Assembly (NCBI GenBank): GCA_027604505.1
Contig: JADIIX010000120.1
Span: 48,179 to 68,178, forward strand
Reading direction: 5' to 3'
Source of the DNA: Gonapodya sp. JEL0774
Taxonomy: Eukaryota
Length of the DNA: 20,000 bases
The first letter of the stretch is position 1. Each line of letters starts with the position of its first letter. The position numbers were made by a program, and so were the translations under genes. Below are positions 1 through 10,100 of this stretch, in pieces. The notes under the pieces are model-generated. The model saw only the letters and a program-made list of their open reading frames with translations, was not told the DNA's origin and did not search any database.

Positions 1-2112
1 TCTCCAGGTGCCGAACCCCTCTCCCATCTGCCTCACCTAGTCCATGTTGACCTTTCCGGCAACCGCCTTTCCACTGTCCTCGAGGAAATTCACCCGATAA
101 CCCCTTCCAAGTCCATCCCTCCTCTGGAGTCAGTAGACTTATCCCGAAATCAGATTCAGAGAATAGGAGACCTGTCCAGACACAGATATCTCAGAAGCTT
201 GACGCTTGAGCGCAATTTAATAATGGGGATTGAAGGACTGGATGGGTGCAAGTACCTTACGGAGCTGAGGTGCGTTGTCGCATCATTCACGGAATATTGT
301 AGTTTCGATTAAATCCCGTGAGCTTACGTCAGACTCGGACACAACGGAATAAGCAAGCTAACGGGACTTGATAATCTTCCTTTGACAAAACTCGATCTGG
401 TGAGTTTCCCGACTCAAAGAATAACCTGATCTTACGTCTGGTAGCGACCGAACGCCCGGCTCCGCTTGCAGCGTTGGAACCGCCTCACTTCACTGTCCGG
501 CCTCTCTCGGCTTCCCAACCTTACCCACTTGATCGCTCCTCACAATGCTGTGTCCTCGCTCTCCTCATTATTTGACTGCTCCGTTACCAACCCACGCCTA
601 TCCCACCTTGACCTTGCCCACAACCTCATCGCCGACATCGCTGAGCTAAATCCCCTCAAAGATGCCGTGATGTTGAGAGCATTAGTGCTAAAGGGCAACC
701 CCGTGGCGGGGAGAGGCGATTGGGGGGACGGCGATGGGGATCAGGGTGATGGAAAGGGCGGCCCTCCACGGTCGAACGCCTCCCGTTCCATATCTTCGTC
801 TACAGGTCAAATTGCATCGTTCTCCTCACTACACCAATCTGCAGTAGCTTTACACACGGTTGGGTCTCGGCCCCCATCTAGCTCCACCATTTCTCATTCA
901 AAATCACCTGTCCCCGCAGACACCTATCGCCTCTCCGCAATTTTCATGCTCCCTTGTCTCACTTCACTTGATGATCACCCTGTGACTGCCGAAGATAAAG
1001 TCGCCGCAGTGAATCGCTTCGACCCTCCCCCCGAGGTGCGAGCAGCCGTAGCGCACGCAGAGCGGACTGCGAAGCAAGCGAAACTCTACGCCCGTGTTCG
1101 GCACACCGATCTGATGCACCACCGCAGCGGGAGATTGAGACCTGTTGTACTGTGCGGGCCTTCTGGTGTTGGGAAGAGAACACTTGCAGCGCGACTTGCC
1201 GCGGAGTCCCCTCATGTGTTTGGTTTGGCTGTTTCGCACACGACGAGGGCTCCAAGACCTGGTGAAGAGGATGGGGTTCACTACAGATTTGTTGGAAAGG
1301 CTGAAATGGAGGAGATGGTAGAGGCTGGCGAGTTTGTGGAAAGCGTGACTTTGTTCGGAAATATGTACGGAACAAGTGTGGGGGAAGTGGATCGTGTGGC
1401 AGAAGAGGGCAAAGTCTGTGTGATGAGCGTGGAAGTTGAGGTACGTGCGGGGCCTGTATGATCGTCTCGCTTCAAACACTGACTCCAGTGCTACTGCCTA
1501 TCACCGAAACTCCAGGGAATTGCGGCTTTACGCCGCTCCACAATCAGGCCCCGATACGTTTATGTCGCGGCACCTAACATCGAAGCCATTAGTACACGGC
1601 TACAGAACCGACAACGGACAATGCACTCGTCACACATCTCACGGTCAAGGACTCAAACGAAGCTGAGCTCGGCGGGACACTCAAACGTGCGGAGCGAGGA
1701 TGACACAGCCTCGCTTATGCACGGACTGCAGGAACCACCGTCCTTGCCTAAGTCAGAAGAACCGGGAACAGTAGCGGCTGTGGAAGAAGAGATACGAAGA
1801 TGGATGGAGAATGCTGAACAGAGTCTGGTTTCCGCAGAGAAGCTCGGCATGAACTTCTTTGATCTGGTTGTCATTAATGACAATGTGGAATTGGCGTATA
1901 GACAACTCAAGGTGGGTTTCAGAACACCTCCGTTCCTTCCTTGCGTGTTGCTGCTTCTCCGTATGAGATTGTCCAATTTTTCATAGGATTTCGCCCTTTT
2001 GGCGTGTAAACCTTCAGCATATGATGACATAGATTTTAAAATGGACGAGAATGAAAGTGTAATCGAAGTGGGACAGCATGTTGAAGATTCGTGGGAAGAA
2101 GATAGGCAATGA
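1..2112 (+). CDS. LRGUK: Leucine-rich repeat and guanylate kinase domain protein (LRGUK-like), 5' end outside the window; exons 1-269, 333-399, 472-1440, 1516-1911, 1987-2112
   Basis: SDS22-like LRRs (LVHVDLSGNRL, LESVDLSRNQI, LRSLTLERNLI, LSHLDLAHNLI) and an LRRcap (LKGNPV...YRLSAIFMLPCLTSLD). These are followed by a GK domain: P-loop GPSGVGKRT, VSHTTRAPRPGEEDGVHYRFV, FVESVTLFGNMYGT, FDLVVINDNVELAYRQLK. Four GT-AG introns join the frames; TGA at 2110-2112. Confidence 0.88.
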
Positions 2113-2218
2113 AGAGGATCTTCACCCACACTCGGAAGGCTAATGCGTTGCCTTGCAGTACTATTCGCTTGTACCATTCGAATTCTTTTGCAAAGAAAAT
2201 GGAATAGACAAAAGAATC

Positions 2219-3701
2219 TCATGCTACTATTCTCAAGTCTTCTTTGCGTGCAATGTCAAACACATCTTTATAGTTGGCGTACAATGCGGAAAGCCGCTCA
2301 ACATATTTGGTGTGCCAGAGAAATATATCGTCATGCGACGGATGTGGAATATGAGGCAACTCCAGTGGTTGTCCAACTAAAGGAGGTGCGACAGCCAGAC
2401 ATGTGTTGCAATATGTTGTTAGGAAAGACAAGACGAGCAAAATCAAAACCACAACAAACACAGTCAAAGTACTATCTCCTGCACTATTGGACACAGACTC
2501 ACCGACAATTCGAAGCGGAACCTCTCTGAATGCGTACCACAATGGGAAGGGGTCATCCCCTCGGATACTTAGGAACAAAGGCACCCAGCCGAATACTCTA
2601 CGAAACCACACATAGAATTGAGCGAGAGTCGGCGAAGTCTCCACCCGGAACAAGTCGTTTTCACCAAACGCGTAAACGGGGACGATGGGAGTGCTGCGCG
2701 ATACGTTGTCGGGGCGAGCAATAGCTGCAAAAATGGTTCAGGCAAACTCACCCACTAGAGAGAGCCAATCGAATGAACCCATGACGCTTATTCAGGACAA
2801 GCTTGTTGGTTCTTGGTTCCGCGAGTTGGGCTGTCAACAAGACATCGCTCGGTCCAAAATCGAAAGCCAGAACGAAACAATCAAAGAAGTCACATTCTTG
2901 TGCACCTCCAACAACGAGGCAAGGTGCGTTGCCAGTCCGCTTATTCTTCCCGCGCATGAGATAGTCGAGAGATTTCCGCTCTGCGCTTATGAATCCTCGT
3001 CCAAGCAGCCACTCTCGCGCAAAAGGAATCCAGAACTTTAGAGTGACAGGAAACCACAATGAGAGCGATTGCAAGCTGAAGATCTCTCCCAAAAACCTCA
3101 CATTGCTTGAGATCGTCGCAACAGTTGTTTGTAGTCCCGGCAGAACCGTTTTGGGGCTGCCAAAGTGGGCGTTTGGGTGAGAGAGTCGCATGCGCTTCTC
3201 CAAAGCGTCTTCTGCCTTCGATCTAGGATATTCGTCCTGTGTGAAAATGGCCCAAAAGCTGTACCCTATCACGCCTTGGGAGTTCGAGAAGATATCGAGC
3301 TCAGTATATTTGACCGGACACACAGAGGAGCACCTACCGTGAGGGTGGCAAGCCAAAAGGTAGTTCTTGGATGGGTTCAGTTCGGGTCCGTCACGAATGA
3401 GTCGAATGTCATGATAGTCTGTCATCCATTTACTCCATGGACCATTCCTTACTGTACCAGAGATGCGCGCACCTCGACGCGGAGCAGAATCGGTGACGAT
3501 AAAGACGGCATACGCGATTGCCACCGGAATCAGTGAGGGGAATCGGGTGCAGAGGTATGCAAACAGTATAAATCCTCCGGGAAGGAGGACGACTGAATAC
3601 GTGAACACAAGGAGACCCCGAAGATGAACAGGATCAAAAAAACCGCGATGAATATGTTCGCGTGGAGGACATTCCCCCGATGAATCCAGTGGATGCGTCA
3701 T
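2219..3701 (-). CDS. DGAT2: Diacylglycerol/monoacylglycerol O-acyltransferase 2 (DGAT2/MOGAT family); introns 3275-3337, 3036-3101, 2831-2893, 2694-2751, 2377-2502
   Basis: N-terminal hydrophobic segment, then NYLLACHPHG, FWIPFAREWLL, LVVGGAQES, RHGFIRLA, IVPVYAFGEND, VVGQPL and HTKYVERLSALY. These are the classic DGAT2 blocks once five GT-AG introns are removed. Confidence 0.9.
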
Positions 3702-3820
3702 AGTTCATATATGGTCCCTGTTTATTAAACACGCCCAGTCAGCACATATATAAGCCCATACATGGAAAGCCCTTCACGCTCCAGGAACAACTCCATTTAT
3801 GGTAAGTTACACAAAAACAT

Positions 3821-5347
3821 TCAAAGACTAGACTTCTGATCTTCAACTCCTAGTCCAACGACAAATCCCTCGAGGGCGTTGTAATCTCCAGCTAATACTC
3901 TCTCGACAATCTCCTTAGACCTTTCAGGTCCAAAGCCTTTCTCAACTTTTATCCAAGCTCCGCAAACTCGCATGGTCCGATCCCACATATCGCGTTGGCG
4001 ACGAGCGAACTCTGCACCTCCAAGCTCTTTCACTCGCTCTCCAGACCACCCAGGAGCGAAGAAAAAGTGGGAATTCGGGGGGCGGAACGACGCTACTGAG
4101 GGTACAGGTGATGACCAGTGTGACTTCGTGTTCAAGATTACATTTATCAGTGGTTCGGGCAATGTTGAAGGCTTCAAAGTTCGCTCACCGCCCCCACCCT
4201 CACAGTTTGTCGGACCCCTGACAAACCATATCGGTCGTAAATTGCTTTGGTGACAGAGTCATCGCCTGCCATGTCCACAACCACGCATCCGCCTTCACGA
4301 ATAGGAAGGTCCTCTGCAATTTTGGGACTGCGTCCGAGAGGGTGCAACGGAACAGGCAAAAAGCATTATACACACGTGTTTCTCATGCATTACACCCGTC
4401 AGAATGCGACCCAACCCACTAGGTGACGACTGTGTCGAAGCAGTTTCTAAGAGTAGATTTCACGAAATCCAGATTTCTCTGCGAAGTGATTCCGATCGCT
4501 TCAGTCGTTGGATCCAATTGTTTGAGACAGAAACCGAGCGAGTAGGCAGTCTTAGAGGACGCAGATATGATAACCACGGTTTTCGTGGGAGGACCAGTCG
4601 GGGAGGAGAAGTTGTTTTTTCCCAGAACATAGTCCGCAAGAAGATAACCAGTGCTCCAAAGGCCGCGAAGCTAATCAAATCAAGCGGGATGGTCATTGCT
4701 GTAAGAAAAGGTGCCCGAACCTCTAGATGTGCGTACCAGCATCCCTTGATCCTCAAGCTCTTGAGTGGTTGGTGTAGGCAAGTCTCTCTTTGAAACTCGT
4801 GAATACGTCAGGTACACTAAACGGTCTTCTGGCAAATCATCACGGCGGACAGTGAAAGCCGATGGGGAGGTCTTCGCGGGATTGGGGACCAAGATGCAGT
4901 GTGAAGCACAAGGAAAGTAGCCCCACAACCTTTCTCCTACTTCCACGAGAGGAGAAAGGGAGTGGGTAACGGTAGCAAAGCCCCAAACTGGCATCTTGCC
5001 TAGAGCTTTCTGTTTGTCCCCTTCCACAGGGAAGAAGTCAAAGTATCGAAGAGATCTTCCCGTAGCGAGATATGACACATTGTTACTGGTGACACCGAAC
5101 TTGTCAATTCGAACGAGTACTTGAGGTGGGAGCGAAGGGACGACGAGTTTGTCCGTTCGGAAGCAATTGTTCCGAACAACCACGGAATGGAACGCATTCA
5201 CATTACATTTCATTTCAAAGTCGCTCTCTCTGTGTCATACATGGACTCACTTTCTCCTTGCTTCAGAGGCCCAAGTTGAGTGGTCCGAACTTCAAACTCG
5301 CGTGGATCGGCTTGCTTGAAAATGAACTGCACGGATTTGACTGTCAT
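3821..5347 (-). CDS. DUF2855-family-like protein (putative MDR/Rossmann-like fold); introns 5120-5250, 4671-4736, 4328-4419, 4124-4188
   Basis: The spliced product reads MTVKSVQF...GEILVRIDKFGVTSNNVSY...YFDFFP...MPVWGFATV...GERLWGYFP...LRGLWSTGYLLADY...VVISASSKTAYSLG...IGITS...VVDMAG...VGASHW...FFFAP. This matches my recollection of the DUF2855 motif order. Confidence 0.75.
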
Positions 5348-5553
5348 CTCCGAGATTCCCGAATCGATTGGGGTCTAAGTATTGCAAGATTTTGAGATCC
5401 TCGTAACGGATGCCTCGCAAAGGATGGGAGGGCTGATGTGCTGCGACTTTACGCAATGGGACACGTGTCGTCTGTGGACCAACTCAATGGAGTTACTATA
5501 TTTTTCAACATATTCCGACTTTTCTGAAGATGAAATAGATATATATACTTTTT

Positions 5554-6940
5554 TCAAGACGTTTTCGGAGCTTCCGCCTTTGCGGCAGTGCTCACCGCTG
5601 CAATACCGGAAACGTGTTGAACTCCTATGTTCAGAGGAGGCGGGAAAGGAGACGGAAGCACTTGCCTGTCACCGCACTCGTTGCTGCTTGCGCCGCGACC
5701 TGCTGTTGCACCACAGCAATATCCTGGTCCGTCCCGTCTACAGTCTTGTGCTGGTTCGCCGCCTGCAGAAGCGGGAGTGGCCGTTAAAGTATGGTGGAGT
5801 TGGCGGTGGCTCGGTGTTTCGAGATTAACCCAGCATCCAGTCACCGTACCTTAAGAGCCTCCCACTTCTGTTGAATGGTTTTGGCAGCCTCGGTTGAGGC
5901 CAGGGCAGCAACCACACGTTGCGCTTATTCCACAGAACCGATAGGGATAACTTCATTACATATACTGCGCCGCATAGGGAAGCAAGACCCACCAGAGCTG
6001 GCATTCACACTCTTACCCAACGAGTGTTGATCCTTGATCCATACCTCCAAACGCGATATCGCCTTAACAGTTGAGTCTGATGCAATAACTTTCAAATCAG
6101 CCGATAGCTTTTGTGCGTCCACTGCTGCTGTAGTGGCATGAGTTTGTGCCTTATTTGCGAGCGTGCTGACATGAGCCGTTGCTGTCTCCACGTGCTTTTG
6201 CGCCGCAGCGGGCAAGGCTGCCACAACCGCAGCCTGGGCACCGACTGCAGCCGACTGTGCACTCGCAAGAGCTCCAGTAACGGTCGTCTGCACCGTCGTG
6301 GCAGCATCTCTAATTTGCGGTTTGACGATCTCTGCTGCCGTTGTTGCAGAAGCCTGTGCCTGTGCGGTGAGTGTTGAAGTAGCGGCTCTCACATTAGAGA
6401 CCGCTTGTGCGGCAGAATCTTGAACAATAGTCGTTGTACCAAGGGCAGCATCTTTGGCCTGTGGAAAGTCGGCAGTCAGCGTGGTAACGATGCTAAAAGG
6501 CATGCAGCTTACAGCCTTGAGCTTTGCCTGATCAATTGATTGGTAGGCTAGTTGAGCTGCCGAGTTGAATTGTGCCTGGTCCGTGACAACGGAGGTGTAA
6601 AAGAGGTGCCGACATGCGCTGCCAAATCTCTCCGACATCCCCCGAAGCCATCCAACGTACAGCAACATCGGTTGCAGTTTTCTGCAGCAGCTCAATCTGA
6701 TCTTTATGGAACACACTGGTTCCTTGGATAAGGGAGCCGACCTAAAGTTGCAAGCAGGAATATGTATAATCATCACCTCACATCACGTCAAGGCGATCCA
6801 TAGCCCGCTTGACATGGCCGTACCTGGCTATAGACAAAGCTAAGCAGCGAATCGTCTTTCTGTGATGATGCAGCTCGGGCTTCCTCCTTGATCACGGGAT
6901 CAAGGGCTTCAACGTGTTCCTGGGCTTTAGTAGCGCTCAT
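5554..6940 (-). CDS. Hypothetical Ala/Thr/Gln/Val-rich helical protein (LEA/perilipin/apolipoprotein-like composition); introns 6742-6823, 6576-6660, 6459-6512, 5924-6016, 5763-5849, 5598-5665 (GC-AG)
   Basis: ATG at 6940 (MSATKAQEHVEALDP). Six introns join into one continuous frame ending ...AVTAVSTAAKAEAPKTS* at 5554. The core exon has a strongly biased helical composition (AQAQASATTAAEIVKPQIRDAATTVQTTVTGALASAQSAAVGAQAAV). No family recognised. Confidence 0.7.
5598..5665 (-). other. Non-canonical GC-AG intron (68 nt) in the hypothetical gene
   Basis: Minus strand reads ACAG|GCAAGT...CTGAAC...TTGCAG|CGGTG. Removing it joins AVT to AVSTAAKAEAPKTS* in frame, with matching composition on both sides. 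Confidence 0.7.
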
Positions 6941-7153
6941 TACGGAGAAATCGAGCTAATAGATTTGGGAAGGGCGAAAGCTTGAGCGTTTTTCACTCGG
7001 AGAGAAGTTCTTGAAGTTACGGTTCTGAATGATGTCAGAGGGTGGTGACCAAAACCTGTTTCAGGGTCCGATACACACTATTTTGCCGGAGAGGAGAATT
7101 ATACCACTACTCATGGTGAAACAAATGTCAAATACACTAGAAAATTGTCCGCT

Positions 7154-10100
7154 TCAACCGCGAGAGAGAAGCTTTTCGATCTCTTCGGCAACATTTCCCA
7201 CATCTTCCGGCTCACTTTCTACCTCGCCGTCCGCGTGCTTCGCTTCCCGTTCAAGTTCTCCATCACCTTGTGCCGTTGGCGTCCGACTGGGTGTCTTTGG
7301 CCCCTTTATCGTGGGCGTGTTCGTGCCGGAGCCCAACTTCTCCAACCATGCATCCAAGTCTTCCATGTCCAGATCACCACCTTCCCATGCCTCCCCGTCA
7401 GTGTAATCCGAAGCTTGCGGGACAGCTGCAGCATGTCGCACAGTAGAGTCCATTGAGCCAGCACCAGCCTCGTTAGCATCAGTGTTCGCATGTACTGAAT
7501 CCGCATCAAAAAGAACGGTGGACTTGGGCTTGGGCGGTGCTGTTGCCACGCCACCCAACATCTTCCAGACACCTTGTAGCGATGCGGACACTGATATCAC
7601 AGCAGGCTTAGTCGTTTCAGTATTCGTGGTCAAAATGGACGCTTTGTGAGCGGAGGGAGCAGAGAAGGAAGAACGGTTTGGGGATGTCGCGATGGCCAAG
7701 AAAGGATTCGATGAGTTTTCAATGGACGCATCAATAGTTGACGAGCGAGGTCGGAAAAAGGATGCGAAAGACGATGTTCCAGTATTCAAAGCCGGAGCGA
7801 CCGTCTTTGTAGGGGAAGTAGCAACTGCCGGAGGGGCAGAAGACTCTGGTGGTGTCGTGCCAGTTTCGTTCTGTTCGGCATTCTCACCGACAGTAGACTG
7901 TTCGACTGGGCTCGGCTCGATTACATTAACCTTGGATGGGGTGGCTTGCCCGCCCGCGGGCGTCCTTACACCCCAGAGCCTTTTGAAGGAGTCCTGAAGC
8001 GACATTCCGCTGTTCAACAGGTTCCTGCCCTTTGGAGCTTCCACGGCAGCACCGTTCGGGACGACAGGGTCCGTACTAGTCGGTTCGGTCTGTCCCTTCG
8101 TGTCCGCGGCGGCGATTGTGGTCTGCTCATGATGGGCACCATTTGCTTTGTCACGCCCCTCGGCTACGGCACTATCAATTTCGTTGACGACTCCCTTGGT
8201 CGCTGTGTTCACAGAACGCCACAACCCTTGGAATGCCATTGATGTCTGCTGCGACCACTGCGCCACCGTGGCAGACGCAGCGGGGGGCGCCGAAGGTTTA
8301 GCGTCCGAGCTTGGGGCCGAGCTCTTCGATTCCACAGGCTCGGTTGCTGTTTCCGAGTTCCCGCCTGCTTTCCCAGCAGCTTCAACGTCACTCTTGTGGT
8401 CCACTACCCTCACCTGCGCCGGAAAACTGAAACCCCCAGCGACGCTTTTCTTCCAGAACTCTCCAGCTTGCTTCACCCATTGACCCACCACATCCTCGTG
8501 TTCCGTCTCCTCTTCATCCCATTGACCTTCCACCCATTCCTCCCCAGGACCACGAAAACGGTCGGGACCAGCCAAACCGCGACCCACGGCCAGATCGTAG
8601 TTGGCATAAGCTCGAGAAAGCACCAAATCAAGAGAAACGAGCTCATGAGGGTAGTTTTGAAGGAGTTTGAGGCAGTCTGGAAACGCCGACTCGAGAAGAG
8701 GGGTGCGAATAGACCTACGTTACGCGCAAGAGCCTGGAGTAATCGTGGTCAATCTTGAAAACACTCCAATACGTACACAATCATCGAAACAGAGAGTTCA
8801 ACAAGCCAGTCCCAGCGCCATGTCACATCGCGTCGCTCGTGCTTTTCCCACTCCACCACTCCTCCGCTTTCCACTTTTGGCGGGCCCGTACCACACACGT
8901 CCAGCTTTGGTGGCGCACGAAGATGAAAGCGAAAGAAACAGAGAGACGACGACCGGAGACGGGGAAACAAAAGTCACGAATTGTGCAAGATGATGAAAAT
9001 GTAATGGCCCTCTCACTGCAATATCTGCCAACAGAGTGTCCCATATTCTCAGAACTTCTGGCAAAGGGTACTCTTGAGTCATGAGAACAGTGAGCCATCG
9101 GAACAGGAAGAATATGGGGTGAAGCGACTTGGAAGACTGGGAGTCAGACACAATTAGTCGGGGTAGTCGCCAACATCTCCGTCCATCCATCACGCGCACC
9201 ACGTACCATATCTCTCCAAAGTTCAGGATCCCTCTCCCTCAATCGGAGCCAGGCGCGGCCCATGCTGTGGGAGACACCACCAGCCCCTACAATCCGTCGC
9301 TTTGCCTGCGGCCTCGACACCGTGCGTGGTGGAATTACAACGCCAGACTTGGGTGTTGCAGTCGTGCTCGATGTGGAGTCGACAACTACCCCAGCAGCAG
9401 GTTCCGGCTCAATGTGAGCTTCGTCGTCCGAAACGTTTCCGTTCACGGGAGCAGGGGGAGAATCTGCGTCTGTTGTCAGTGGATCTCTGACCGTGTTTGC
9501 GTCAGATTCAGTAACAGGCTTGCTGGATTCCAGTGAGGGTTCATTCGAATGCAGCGCATTCGGAGAGTCAGGCGAGCTTCCAACCTCCGCTGGCATAACT
9601 GCCTCGATGATTTCGAGCGCACCGACACGTTTGGGTCTCGGATTTGAAGCCGTCGGTGTATGCGGAGGAGTAGCCTTGCGCGACATGGCGCGGGATCCAC
9701 CACGTGATGATCCCGGTGTCCGCAGGTTGTCGAGTGAGCGCATGAAGTGGTCATGAAACTGGCCAAGAAGTGCCGTGAGGAGAAAGAAGGAGTCGGGCTC
9801 TGCGTGGGCTGATTGTACCCAAGAAGACCTTTTTGCTTTCAGCATTCTCCACCAGCTTTTCATCCATGTTCTCACCTCTCTCTTCTTCACCGTCACCCGT
9901 GCCCGCCGCACAAACATAGTAAAGTGGAGCCAGCAACTCGTTCATGCCTTGCACATAACCAACCCCAGGATTGAGGCGGGCGAACAAGTACAAAATTCTC
10001 AAGAGGGAGTCCACATGTGTGTGTGGTTCCGGTGGGGGGGTGACGGGGGGATTTTCCGAGAGGTACAGGTGGGAAATACGGGCATAAAGCGCGTTCGGGT

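Noticed and set aside
959..9756. Many antisense or alternate-frame ORFs overlapping real exons (e.g. 964-1479, 1653-2222, 7029-7406, 9129-9536)
   Set aside because: Shadow ORFs of coding sequence with no independent protein features.
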